DNA from: Octopus vulgaris
Taxonomy: Eukaryota
Length of the DNA: 64,000 bases
NCBI GenBank assembly: GCA_951406725.2
Contig: OX597819.1
Coordinates: 48,298,001-48,362,000 of the forward strand
Direction of reading: 5' to 3'
Each line of letters begins with the position of its first letter. Within the stretch, counting starts at the first letter, position 1. This document shows, in pieces, positions 15,051 to 27,636 of the stretch. The translations under genes and the position numbers were made by a program. The notes under the pieces are model-generated. The model had not been told where the DNA came from, ran no database searches, and saw only the letters and a program-made list of their open reading frames with translations.

Positions 15051-16498
15051 ATGCATATACATACGCCTTAGAGGTAGTATATAAATATTTGTTTAATAAT
15101 GAAACAAAAAAATTTTTTCCCTAAAAAGGCAAAAACAGAAATATAAAAGAAAAATGTGAAAGAAGTATATAAAAAAAGAAGCCCACACTATTTAATTGGC
15201 AAATGAAATGATCTAACTCTCTCTCCAACGAAAAATGAACGAAACTATTCAAATAGCACTCATCTTACATCTACGTCTGGTGACAGGAGAGAGATAGAGA
15301 AAGATAGAAAGAGAAGATTTCTCTATTTCCCCCTATCTTTCTATACTACTCTAGCAGAATCCGCTGAGGAAGAATTGCCGGTCTTTTTACTGCTACCCAA
15401 AAAAGGTGTGGGGAAAAAAAAACAGCTTGCCGTCTTTAGCAGGCTAAGTAGAAAGAACCCGGGGAGTGGAGTTCTAGAGAGAGAGAAAGAACTAGACTGA
15501 TGCCAAAGATAAAAGTTTAACATTATGTAGAATCTGTTGATATTGTTTCGTTTGTTCCTATCCTTGAGAAAGGCATGAATGAAACAAAACGATACATAGT
15601 TTTCATTCCCTGTCTCTGCAATAAAAGGGAGGCATTATGATGCCTTTTTGAGTGAACGGGTTCCATTAAAATCAACTCGATACGGTTATTAATTATTCAG
15701 TGTTCCATATAAAAATCAAAATTATATTTCTAAAAGTTGCATATCCATACATGTGTGTATGTATTTATATAGATAGATAACTTGCGTGTGTATATGTGCA
15801 TACATGAGATATATATACATACACATATTATACATATATACGTTATAAGGGAGGAGATACACTTGTATAGGTATATACACACACATATACATAAATACAC
15901 ACATATACATATATATGCACATATATAAATACACACACATATATATGAGCATTACAAGAAACATATGTAGTTGCTTAAATGTCAGTATAACCCGATTGAA
16001 GAACAAGAGGATAGAAGATGAAAAACATTTGAAGCAGCAGCAGCAATAGTTTCACCCTAAGTCAGCCTTCATCAAAGGCATTCCAGCCATGACCATTTCA
16101 TCTTTTATTTCAAACCTTTATAAAACAAGGACTATATTATAACGTCTCTTTTCTTTTTAAATGGCAGGGTGTGGTTTTAAGGAGAATTGACTGCTACTTC
16201 TGACAGGTCAAAAGACCATACAAGGTCCTTCCCCCGCCCTCGTAAAAGAGGTTGACGAAATATGTGTGCGGCTTTTTCAAAATCTCTGCATAGTCCAATG
16301 CTAACCCTAACTTAAGTAGGATTTATGATCAAAGAATTTTAGCCATGATCAACCCTCCTTTTATTCAAGCATCGTGTATCTAATACTACGTTATCCAACG
16401 TAGACTTAGATTATATTCTTGCCTTAGATGGTAGGGTGGAATTTAAAGGAAATTCAGAATCTAATTCTTGTAGGTCGAAAGATCACGTAGAGGTTCCC

Positions 16499-16540
<42 letters not shown>

Positions 16541-18306
16541 TCTATGTAGTAGTAGTAGACGTAGTAATAGCATGTGTAACGCAATGTGCAATATTTGTAG
16601 TCCAGTGCGTGTGTATGCACAATGCAGTGCTACCGGCGAGTTGTGTGAGTAATGTTGCTAAGAAGCGCCAACGTAGCGAGACCATATTATAATACACCAA
16701 ACTATCAGAGCACCATGTCATTTATTCACACTCACACTATTCGTGTGTTGAAGCCTACACAGCACTAGTAAAATCTGAAGAAATTGGCAATGTTCTCTGT
16801 CGGCAAATTGTAACAGATAGTTCAAACGGTTAATTCATTTTGATGCCATGAAGAAGACGAGAAGTTCTAACGCTTAGAGCAGAAGAACCCTTCATCACTG
16901 CCGGTTTCTGTTCAGTAAGACACATCAGATTAATAAACCCTTAACATAGCAATTTGACAAGTATTCGCTTGACAGTTTTTTATTTATCATAGATCAATAT
17001 TTATAACGCAATGAACTGTACAATTTATTACAATCATAGATAGCATAGAGATAAAAACTAGTAGCAATAAGTATATAAGTCAAAACAACAACTTTCCCAC
17101 CTTGGAAATCTACACCAATTCAAAGTAGACCCAAATAATCCAAAGAGTCAAGAGATCCCTTAAAAAGGAATTACAGATTGTATGTAGCCAAGAATAAATT
17201 TCCCCACTCTTCCCCCCGCATGACTCAAACTATTCAGAAACTGTAAGGCTGCTATAATAAAGTTGTAGTCATGATCTTTTTCGCTTCAGTTACTTTTATT
17301 GAAACTCCGACCAGATCTTTTTATTCAGTTTTCTACAAGGTGAAACACACACAAAATTCAGACGAGAAAAACGAATATTATTAATTAATCAATCAATTAA
17401 CTACAACCTACCCTTTAAGAGAAGAAAAAAAAACCTACCCACGCATATAGAAAGAAACTTACCTTGTCTAAGCATTTTAACTCCTCTGTGGGATAGACGG
17501 GCTTCGAACACCTTCCACAACGTTTATTCATTTTGCTTCCCCAATTGTCTCTTTCAATAAGATTTTGAATGTGTTTGTGTTTTGTTTTAGGTTGGTAGTC
17601 GTGTTGTTTTTAGTAAGTGTTGCTCCCGTTGCGTGGTGCCCTCCGAAAGGTAACAATACAAATAAATGCAAGCTTCGCTCTACACAACTATATCAAGCAG
17701 TAGTAGTAGTATTAAGTAGTGTAATAAAGCAAGCAGTAGATATGTTGTACTGCTGCTGTTGTTTTAGCGCTAGTATTATTAGTAGATAGCGCAACTGACT
17801 CAACACAACACACATGTAACGCTACATTTCATTGGTTAGATCCACATTCTCTACTAATTCATTTCGACCACCGCCTTCACTTAGAAATCATAACAAATAA
17901 ATAAAAATACTTCTTTTTTTATAATTATTCTTATTAAATTTATCAGCTTAAAATATTTTATCTGTGTTTCTTTTCTAAAACCTCGCTTTTTTTTTAATAT
18001 TCTGAATAAAACAGTTTGTGAAATATTTTTTTTTAAATAGTTATGCTACTAAGAGTTTCGATGTGAAAATCTGACACGCTGAGCGTGCTTTCTGACCTTA
18101 TATGGTAATTGTAAACATATTTATTATTTATGCATTATTCAAAGCGGAAATGTTTCTAATACATTTAATAAAATATTTTAGGAATATAAATAATGAAACA
18201 AGTATTTTATTTTGCAGTTTTAGTTATTCGAAATAATTCAAGCTTTGAATCTGTGAAGTATCTTTTTCCGGTAACATTTTATTCTCTGCGCTTGCGTCCA
18301 ATCCAT

Positions 18307-18318
18307 CTTCCTTTTCCT
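18307..18318 (+). promoter_or_regulatory. RPL23: 5'TOP / TCT-type initiator of RPL23
   Basis: CTTCCTTTTCCT ending 8 nt before the ATG; typical of metazoan ribosomal protein gene starts. Confidence 0.75.
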
Positions 18319-18326
18319 GTTTAAAA

Positions 18327-18339
18327 ATGTCGAAGAGAG
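18327..18339 (+). CDS. RPL23: 60S ribosomal protein L23 (uL14), coding exon 1 (MSKR)
   Basis: ATG TCG AAG AGA G|GTACGT, phase 1. Exons 13+84+129+114+83 = 423 nt = 140 aa plus stop. Confidence 0.96.
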
Positions 18340-19202
18340 GTACGTGTTAAATTTCCTTTAATTATAATCTTTATAAATCGTTGTTTTGAATTGATCTTTT
18401 TATTTTAAATATGTTTAGCTTATTAATTTGTTGTATCTATGAAATATTACATTGATTATTAATCCGATTTTTACTGTTAAAACAAGTTTAAATAATCCGT
18501 GCAAGTTGCTTGGTACGGTGCACGAGGTCTTTGGTTATATTTACTAATTTAAGTCAACTAGATCAACTGAATACTTTGGGTATTTTTACACCTAATTAAT
18601 CGAATAAAATTCTGAATTAAAATTGCTAACGTTGTTCAGAGTGTGTGCAATTAATGACTATTGAAATGTCTCGCGTTGAAATAAAATTTGGCTCGTTTAA
18701 TATATTTGTTAATATATTGAGGAAACCTGTTTAGGTCATCATTTAAAATTACTGAAAAAGTCCAATGCTTCTAAATCAACTGCTAGCTATTATGGATGCG
18801 AGTTTTACTCTTAGAATTATCTGTACACGTGAGCGTGTACATTCATAATGGTATGCATATGTGTACAATATACAATGGAATCCGATGTGTGTCTGATCAT
18901 GTGAAAACTCCTGGTTAATGAAATATTTGTGATCAGTTGAACGGTTTCTACTTAAGAAAACTAATAGATTTTTATGCGTTTGGTTGAGCTTTTGAATGAT
19001 ATAATTTTATCTTGAAGGTAGTGTTTTCATTCTCAAAGGAAATTAGTTTCCGCATCTCCATGTGTTGCTGCATATTCAACGTAAGCTTTAAGATCTTGCT
19101 TCAACTTTGTTCCGCACACTTTTCTTTTTTTAAATTTGTTTTTTACACTCTGTGTTCATTTTTAACTTAGTAGTAACTGGTTTATTTATTTATTCCTTAA
19201 AG

Positions 19203-19286
19203 GACGTGGTGGTACAGCCGGAGGCAAATTCAAAATCTCTCTTGCTCTTCCTGTCGGAGCAGTCATTAACTGCGCTGACAATACCG
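19203..19286 (+). CDS. RPL23: RPL23 coding exon 2 ([28 protein letters not shown])
   Basis: AG|GA...ACCG|GTAAGT; conserved uL14 sequence. Confidence 0.97.
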
Positions 19287-19830
19287 GTAAGTGTCCGTTT
19301 TTATGTTGAACCAACTTGCAACTATAATTTGATTACTCCGTTCACGCCAATGAACAGAAGCTGTTGTTAACGAATGCATATTAAAAGAATAGTTGTTTCA
19401 AATTTTAGCACAAGGCTGGCAATTTTGAGCCGATGGGAAAGTAGATTACATCGACCTCAGTGCTCAACTTTTATTTATATTATGGACCCCATGAGAATGA
19501 AAGACAAAGTCAACTTTGGTTTCTGAGTTTAAATGCCGTCGAAGACGACTTAACGTTTTATACTTTTGGGGTCGGTCAAGAGGTAAGTCTATATAACAGG
19601 CCTACTGTCTTCCCTTGAAATTGCTATCCTTGTGTCAAGATTTGAAACAATAGTAAAACTAATCGATGTTGCGGAAAAGTAATAGAAGTATTAATTTTCC
19701 TGGCGTACCCAATATAGATGACTGTCATTTTGTTGGTAATTGATGTATGGGGTGGGCATGCTTAAAATGTTGATATGTGGGGAGACGTCAATTTCATTGA
19801 TAATCTTCTGTTTTGTCCGTTTATTTGTAG

Positions 19831-19959
19831 GAGCAAAGAACCTGTATGTAATAGCTGTAAGTGGAATTAAAGGACGTTTAAATAGATTACCTGCTGCAGG
19901 ATGTGGGGACATGTTGGTAGCCACAGTAAAGAAAGGCAAACCTGAGTTACGGAAAAAGG
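19831..19959 (+). CDS. RPL23: RPL23 coding exon 3 ([43 protein letters not shown])
   Basis: TTGTAG| acceptor, |GTAGGT donor; within ORF 19740-20039. Confidence 0.98.
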
Positions 19960-20745
19960 GTAGGTTTTGTATTCTCTTGACTAAAATGTGTTTGTTTTCT
20001 TTCTTTCACTCTCTCACTTGGGTCCTACAAGTAGTCTAGCTTTATACTTACGAAATAGTATTAGCTCCTTCCTGGGTCATGTAGGCTCATAGAGCTAGTT
20101 TCCATCGGGTGTATATTTCCCCCCTGGACGCGACGCCAATGTGCTGCAACATTATTCATTTTTTGACACCTGAGTGGACATGGGCAATGTGAAATGAATT
20201 ATTTTGCTCAACACAATGTGTCACCCATTCTGTGAATCAAAACTCACCGCACCAAGTGCTTGACATTGGTTAGGCTCTTGCATGGGTTGGATAAACTCCA
20301 ATAACTGTTCGGGTCAGAACTTGTAACTAGTTCTCTGTTATGGTTGAAGTCCAACTTTGAATCGGTCACTTATATCTTAGTTTGAATGTTGCATGTCTAA
20401 TTGCATTCTACTCACCTTATACCTTGAGAAATCACCCTGTCTTGCAGTCCCTACTGATCAAATTGCGGTTGCTCTGCAGCAAGGGCCTGTTTACCCCTTG
20501 TCTAATGCTGACAGTAGCATGGAAAAAGTAACCAGTGTATGTCGTGTGGTTGGCATTAGAGAGGGCATCTGGCCATAAAAACCATGCCAAAGAAAGACAC
20601 ACCATGAAGTGTGGCTATTGAATGTTTATTCTATAGGGGCAGTGAAAAATAGCTCATAAATTGATATAATTTAATGGTGGAGAGTATTGTATTGCCGCAG
20701 TAAGAATGCACATAATAATCTTGTTCTTATTAATTTCAATTCCAG

Positions 20746-20859
20746 TAATGCCAGCGGTGGTGATTCGGCAACGGAAACCTCTACGGAGAAAAGATGGTGT
20801 TTTTATATACTTTGAAGACAATGCTGGTGTTATTGTCAACAATAAAGGGGAAATGAAAG
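20746..20859 (+). CDS. RPL23: RPL23 coding exon 4 ([38 protein letters not shown])
   Basis: TCCAG| acceptor, |GTAACT donor; [10 protein letters not shown] uL14 signature. Confidence 0.98.
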
Positions 20860-22019
20860 GTAACTTCCTTGTTGCTTCATATGTCTGTTAGAATTTTGTA
20901 TTGTTAACTGTATTAAGTGTTAATATACATTTTCTTTCTTTAAATGTTTCTTTGATCACCTGATACTATTGGTTCGTATGTTAGACGAGGTGTTATTAAA
21001 TGCGGTTTTTTTTTTTCCCCACCCCTCTTTGATTTTCAAAAAAGAGTAAAGTGTTTTTGAAAGTTTGGTTTACTTGTTGCTTATGTTCTGTTCTAAAGTG
21101 ACCCACTCTCTGCCTTGGCAGACTGGTTTGGACAACCGTTTGATTGGTGGCGGTTTTTTGCTTGAATTATGAATGGGTGACTGCCTCTAAAATTTATAGC
21201 ACGGGCTTAGCAAAAATTTTTATTTGAAAGGATTTCTATCCTCTTGGTATGAGGCGCCTTAAGGTTTTTGCCTAAGTCACTGAAGGTGGTTCATGGGGTT
21301 GTGTATTAATGACAAGGGAGGTAATTATATTGGTAAAATTAGGCTGGTGATTTTGTTTAAATATTTCATTGGTGTTTCTCAGTTGATGTCCTCAACAAAA
21401 TTAGCTGGTTCAGAGTGTAAGCTAAGTAACTTGCATGGCTGGGTGTTCAACATTATCATTGTTACAAAATTCTTAGAACTTACTGGCAAGAATGCTAATT
21501 CTGGTACATCATGACCAATTTTACTAGTCCCAATATTTGTAACTAGCTGTACTGACCCCAAATGAGATCTGCAAACAGATCCTTGACTTATTTTAGGTTA
21601 GGATTGTTTTGGAGAATTTGTTGCAATTTCGGTTATTCCCAAAATTTATTTCCAGGTTATAAAAACTATCATGTAAAACAATCGCATTGACGAAAGCTTG
21701 AGAATCCAAATTTTCATGATAGCTGGTCTAGATTTGGCCCAGGATGTTTTTAATTTACTCATGGAGTCGGCCTTTCAATTATAAAAATTATGGTACACAA
21801 AAAATAAAAGTAATAAGAACTTGGGAATCCAAAGTGGTATGATGTGTTGGGCTACAGCCTGTAGGAGTAAAGTTGAAAAGGTGTGACACTCACTCACATT
21901 TATTATATCAGAGAGACTATAAATGGTTGGCCTAAGATGCTGAGGACATCTCGATCGCTTGATTATGTTACTTGTAATATATAAATTATTTAGGTTAATT
22001 TTTTTTTCTTCTCTTTCAG

Positions 22020-22102
22020 GATCAGCCATCACAGGACCAGTTGCTAAAGAATGTGCAGATTTATGGCCCCGTATTGCTTCAAATGCTAGTTCCATTGCTT
22101 AA
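22020..22102 (+). CDS. RPL23: RPL23 coding exon 5 ([27 protein letters not shown])
   Basis: Long pyrimidine tract plus CAG acceptor; TAA at 22100-22102. Confidence 0.98.
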
Positions 22103-22111
22103 AGACACTGT

Positions 22112-22117
22112 AATAAA
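22112..22117 (+). terminator. RPL23: Polyadenylation signal of RPL23
   Basis: AATAAA 9 nt after the stop, followed by a GT/T-rich stretch at about 22134-22152. Confidence 0.8.
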
Positions 22118-25104
22118 TATTTTAAATTGATATTTGTGTGTGTGGTTTTTTTATATAAATATTGAGTTATGGTGAATATGTTCTTCACAGTGATGAATGG
22201 AATTGTTGGATTTTGACTCCTGAAAAATGGCTGGTTAGGTTGATACTGTATTAGTGAAGGTGAAACACACCAGGGACATATGCTTAGCTACCTCTGTCAG
22301 TTGATGAAAGGGTGATTGATACTCTGCATGTGGTAAATTCCACATTGTTTTGTTATGAATGGATCAAGTCGAAATTATGACAGTCCCATTGGAAAGAAGT
22401 ATTCTGTACAAGGAATACATTGTTTGCAATAGAAATAGAAACGAGTAAATGAGATATGCATGTGTTCTTACAAATTCATGACTTTAACCTGTATTCTGAA
22501 AAATTGTTGAATTAGCTAGGTAAAGGAATGGTTTTGTTTGGAAACAAGGCAAAATTGGTTTCTGGTTTAAGCATACTAGTCTAATATTTAACCAGTATAT
22601 TATTGAACGCTTTTTTTTTTTTCAATTCATTCCTTTGCATTGAACCATTAAGCTTATTGTTAATGAAGTTTTGGGCTGGTGTATTAACTTTCTGTTGAAT
22701 AACAGTAAAAATATACAAAGCTAATTCGTATTCAAGGTTTGTGCATTTAACTCCTGCAATGCCATTAAATTTTAACACTACAGATTTTGATCACTATTGC
22801 AAAGATATTGAAATGAAATACTCAACCAAATAAGCCAGTGACAATTTAATTTGAAGATGGAGAAGTCAGAAATGATTTGTCTTGTTTAAACCAGCCAAAA
22901 TATTCTACCTATTTTATGTTCAAACTAGTCAGATATGGTCATTCATAGCTACCTTATTGTGTCATTTTAAAAATAAACAATCACATCATTGAAATCTCAA
23001 AGCCATGAAATGATGCAAGATTAATTTTACATGGTGTGAATATATAAGCTTTACATTTGACAGAATAATCTGAATGCTAAAGGGTTAATAGTGCAATAAT
23101 TTGGGTTGTAATACCAGCTTGAAATATTATCACTTTGTGTAAATAATGTATAGTTGTTGATATATAGATGGAGATAACTTCGAAACCACACCAATGTAGT
23201 AAAAGGTTTAACCATTGGTCATATTTTACAATGTCACAAGGTTGGAAATTGAATTACCTGATGATTTTATTCATATAAGAGGTAGGGATCCAAAGTGCTG
23301 GTAAGATTTTGATCATGAGAACATTTCATTGGTTACAATGAAGACGAAGCAAAATTTGTTTTGCCAGATAATTTGCAACTGATAAGTCAGCTTTTCTTAT
23401 TCAGACTACTCTGTCAAATGTAATATTCACATTGTTTTGAATTAAACCTGCATTGTCTTCTAGGCAAACAGTCACAATGATGCAATAGTTTATTTTTAGA
23501 ATGACGTAAAAATCACCCACTACACTCTTGGAGTTGTTGGTGTTAGGAAGGGCATCAAGCTGTAGAAACCTCGCTAGATCAGATTGGAACCCAGTACAGC
23601 CTTCTGGCTTGCCAGTCCTCGGTCAAACCATCCAACCCATGGAAGGTGGACATTAAGCAATGATGATGATTACTGGGAAGGTGAGTGAGGCCAGTTTGAT
23701 CATAAGACTGGTACAATATTTCAGCCAGTTTAAAGGGTTAAGGACCACATTGTGCAGAGCAACTTATAAATCAAAATACTCTTCGTCTCTAAAAGTAAGA
23801 CATAGATATAGAACACTCCATGTCAAGGGAATATTGGGGTATACAATGTGTTATACAGTATATTGCACTGAGGCCTGATTTGAAGCATATAAAGTTCATA
23901 ATAGAAAAATCTCAAATTTGTTACCTATAATAGAGCAGTATTTTTTTAACCTGAATTGCAGTCTGAAGTTAGTTTAACCAAATTTTCCCCACATCTGAAG
24001 ATGAAAAATGTTGAATAAGAAGGACATCTAGCCATACAAATTATATTGATAATATAAAAAGATGAGATCATTGATCTGCCTAAGAGAGTGGTAACTCCAA
24101 ATATGAACTTTGACCATGTAAACCAGCCAACTAATAATGAAAGAATGAATGTAAAAACAATGACACCATCTGATGTCCATTTTTCCCTGCTTGCATGGAT
24201 CAGTTGGAATTTATGGCAGATTTTCTACAGCTGGATGCCCTTCCTCTGTTGCTAACCATCACCTGTTTCCAAGCAAGGTATTTTCTTATAGCTAAACATG
24301 TTTTTCATGAACAACCTCCACTTGTATGATAATGATGCTCATTTACAATCATCCCATATTGTCTAGATGAGGATACATGCACATATATATATGAGGCATC
24401 TTTTAATTTCCATCTATGATATCCAGTCACAAGGCTCTGGGCAACCCAGAGCTTATAACAAGGCGCTTACCAAAGGTGCCACTCAATGGGACTGAACTCA
24501 AATGTTTTGGAAGGAAGCTTCTTTACAGAACCGTGCTTGTAAGATTACCACTTTTAGCTAAACATCTGAAGACTGAGCTGACAATCATTTGAGCCTCAGA
24601 ATACAGTACCTTGCAGCATTCATACTTTAAACTCCGAGTTCAAGTACTACACAGGTCAACTTTGCTTTTCATCACTTCATGATCTCTCATATTTAGCTAT
24701 ATTAAATGTATGAAGGGTTGTGAAAGTCACTCAGCAACTCTTTCTCCAAAAAGAGAGAAGAGTTATGTAAGACACTAGCAACCTCTTCTCAGAAAAATGG
24801 ATATTCTACTGCTAACTCTCCAAAGACAGACTGATGTGCACATAAACAATGAACAGCTGTTTAATATTTCATTGTAAAAATAAGTATATCTAGTGTTCTA
24901 TGTTTAGTCAAATAAAGAGCATCGTAGTTAAAATGTTTGGAAAGTACTACTGTAGAGACAGCAGTTCACCGACCACATGGTTCCGGGTTTAGTTCAACTG
25001 TGTGGCATTTTGGACAAGTGTCTTCTACTATAGCTTCGGGCCGACCAAAGTCTTGTGAGTGGATTTGGTAGACAGAAACTGAAAGAAGCCCGTCGTATAT
25101 AAAC

Positions 25105-25475
25105 TTAGATATGTTTCGACCAATGATTGGTCCAGGCCATGTCTAACTTAATAGCACCACCTGATAGGATTATTCGAATCCTGTTTAAGTCAAGTTTTGT
25201 TTATGGTCCATTCAAGTAGTGAGTTGTATCCAATTATGGGTGGCTTATCTGGTATTCTTTGAAGGAATCTATCCAGACTCCGTTTAAAGTTGATGGGATC
25301 CTTTTCCTCTTGGATCTCTTTCGGGACAATGTTAAATAGGGCAGGGCCTGATGAGGAAAAGAAATTATGTTGCAGTGTACGTGTATGCTGTGATCTTGAA
25401 TTGGGCAGGGGACGTATAGCCTGTGGTCCCAGTCTTGGATGAACCTTGAAGCTAATGTTCAGGTCGTTTGGGCAA
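25105..25475 (-). mobile_element. 3' fragment of a LINE inserted in the (TA)n tract of a family 1 SINE
   Basis: ORF2 C-terminal-like peptide FFSSSGPALFNIVP..FKRSLDRFLQRIPDKP; SINE halves lie at about 24960-25100 and 25480-25573. Confidence 0.7.
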
Positions 25476-25897
25476 AGTATGTATATATATGTATGTGTGT
25501 GTATAAGTTTGTGTTTTTGTCCCCCCAACATCACTTGACAACCGATGCTGGTGTTTTTAGGTCCCTGTAACTTATGTCTATTCCAGTAGTGCAGTATTAA
25601 AGACAATTGAATCTCAAAATATTTTATTGAATTGTTAGATTCAATAATGTTCTTAACCAAGTGTAATATGCAACATGAATAATGTAATGTTAATTTCATT
25701 TTATGTCACAGAGTAAACAAAACTCATTATCATCAGATCTAACTTCTCAATTCATATATGACCATTGAATTCAACTACATTATATACTTCAGTCAATAGT
25801 ATTGACTGAAGGTTTTTATTGCAACCTTTTTTCCATCTTACCCCAAATTGTTTAAATCATCTTCCTATCATCATAGGGTCCTTCTGAGTGGCTATTC

Positions 25898-26681
25898 GGA
25901 TCTTTTCCTTTTGAACGGCAGATGTCAACACAATTTCTAGTTAACTAAACACTTTTAAACTTCGTATACTGGTAGAATGTGTTTATAAAACATCATTTTC
26001 TCTTGGTTTTATTGAGAAAATTCTATGGTTTGAAAGATATTTCGTCTGAAAATCCGAGCATTTCAGCAATTTTAACCAATCGATTACCACCATTCAACTA
26101 AAATCATTTGCTGCGTCTAAAACTGAGACATCCTGTAACTAACCCTAACCCTGACCCTAAATTTTTTTTTTCTTAATTGTTAAATTAATTTAATTCCATT
26201 GCTCTAGTTTTTTTTACACACGTAACAATTAAGAAAAAAAATATTTAGGGTTAGTTACAGGATGTTGTCTCAGTTTTAGACACAGCAAATGATTTTAGCT
26301 CAAAAGAGAGCATAGGATTGGTTAAAATTCGAAAAATTAAACTACGTTAAACAAACATTGCGTGGAGGCGCAATGGCCCAGTGGTTAGGGCAGCGGACTT
26401 GCGGTCGTAGGATCGCGGTTTCGATTCCCAGACCGGGCGTTGTGTGTGTTTATTGAGCGAAAACACCTAAAAAAGCTCCACGAGGCTCCGGCAGGGGATG
26501 GTGGTGATCCCTGCTGTACTTTCACCACTCTAAAGGCGGTGCTCCAGCATGGCCGCAGTCAAATGACTGAAACAAGTACAAAAAAAAAAAAAAAAAACAA
26601 ATTACAATTTTCTCAAAAAAGCCAAGAGAAAAAAATGTTTAGTTAACTAGAAATTGTCTGCCGTTCAAAAGGAAAAGATCC
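25898..26681. mobile_element. Palindromic MITE, Merlin-like (GG...CC ends)
   Basis: Perfect 24-bp TIR GGATCTTTTCCTTTTGAACGGCAG; flanking direct repeat GCTATTC (25891-25897, 26682-26688); superfamily inferred from termini and TSD. Confidence 0.85.
26363..26597 (+). mobile_element. tRNA-derived SINE (OR-like head) nested in the MITE
   Basis: TGGCCCAGTGG A box, GTTTCGATTCC B box, poly(A) tail; head matches 61591-62101. Confidence 0.85.
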
Positions 26682-26831
26682 GCTATTCCAATCTTTTGGA
26701 CACCACTTGGCAAATGCAGGGGTACTTTCTGGAAAATATATAAACCCAGACTATGATGAAAGGCACAGGAATGGATTTTGCAACCATGTGGTTTGAAGTT
26801 TCATGTCATTTTACAACACTTTAGGCATGTC

Positions 26832-27624
26832 GGAACTTTTCCCTTTGAACGGCAGATCGAGAAATTAATTTTTTGAAACTAAATGCTTTCAAACTTCAGA
26901 TACTGGTAGAATGTGTCATATAAAACATCTTTTACTCTTAGCGTTTTTGAGAAAAGTTTATATTTACAAAATTATTTTGTGTTAAAGTTGTCATATTTCG
27001 GTAATTTCAGCCAATCAATCACATGTATTCAACTGAATAAAATTACTGCCATTGTTTGTCAACAACTATCGGTGATGTATATTTCGTTTGTCACTGTTAT
27101 TTATGACATCGTTTGTGCGTTTGTACTGGTTTTAGAGTTAGGGTTAGAGTTATGGAATAAAATGAAAAATGAAGAAATTGGAGGGGTAGGGGTTTGGGAA
27201 GCAAAAAAGTATTTCCGAAAATAGTAGCTGCAAAACAAGAAGAAACTAAAAGCAGTAGAAATGCTCGAACAACTATGGTGGTGCCATGAAGTAAACATGC
27301 TTCAGGTACACTCATTTATTCATACAAAAGTAAATGAGATGAAATATGTCATGAATAACAGTGACAAACGAAATATACACTGCTGGAAGTTGTTGACAAA
27401 CAACAGCAGTAATTTTATTCAGCTGAATACAGGTCATTGATTGGTTGAAATTACTGAAATACGACAACTTTAACACAAAATAACTTCATAAATATAAACT
27501 TTTCCCAAAAACGCTAAGAGCAAAAGATGTTTTATATGACACTGTCTACCAGTATACCCAAGTTTGAAAGTGTTTAGCTACAAAAAATTATTTTCTAAAT
27601 CTGCCGGTCAAAAGGTAAATATCC
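26832..27624. mobile_element. Second Merlin-like palindromic MITE, related family
   Basis: TIR GGAACTTTTCCCTTTGAACGGCAG / CTGCCGGTCAAAAGGTAAATATCC; exact 8-bp TSD GGCATGTC (26824-26831, 27625-27632); long inverted arms. Confidence 0.88.
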
Positions 27625-27636
27625 GGCATGTCATCT

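Noticed and set aside
21838-21945. C/D snoRNA in RPL23 intron 4 (ATGATGT..CTGA about 75 nt before the acceptor)
   Set aside because: Non-consensus C box, no terminal stem, no D'/C' pair, no recognisable target
26368-26440. tRNA gene candidates here and at about 53830-53895 and 62025-62095
   Set aside because: tRNA-like heads continuous with SINE bodies and tails; the last two have clear TSDs
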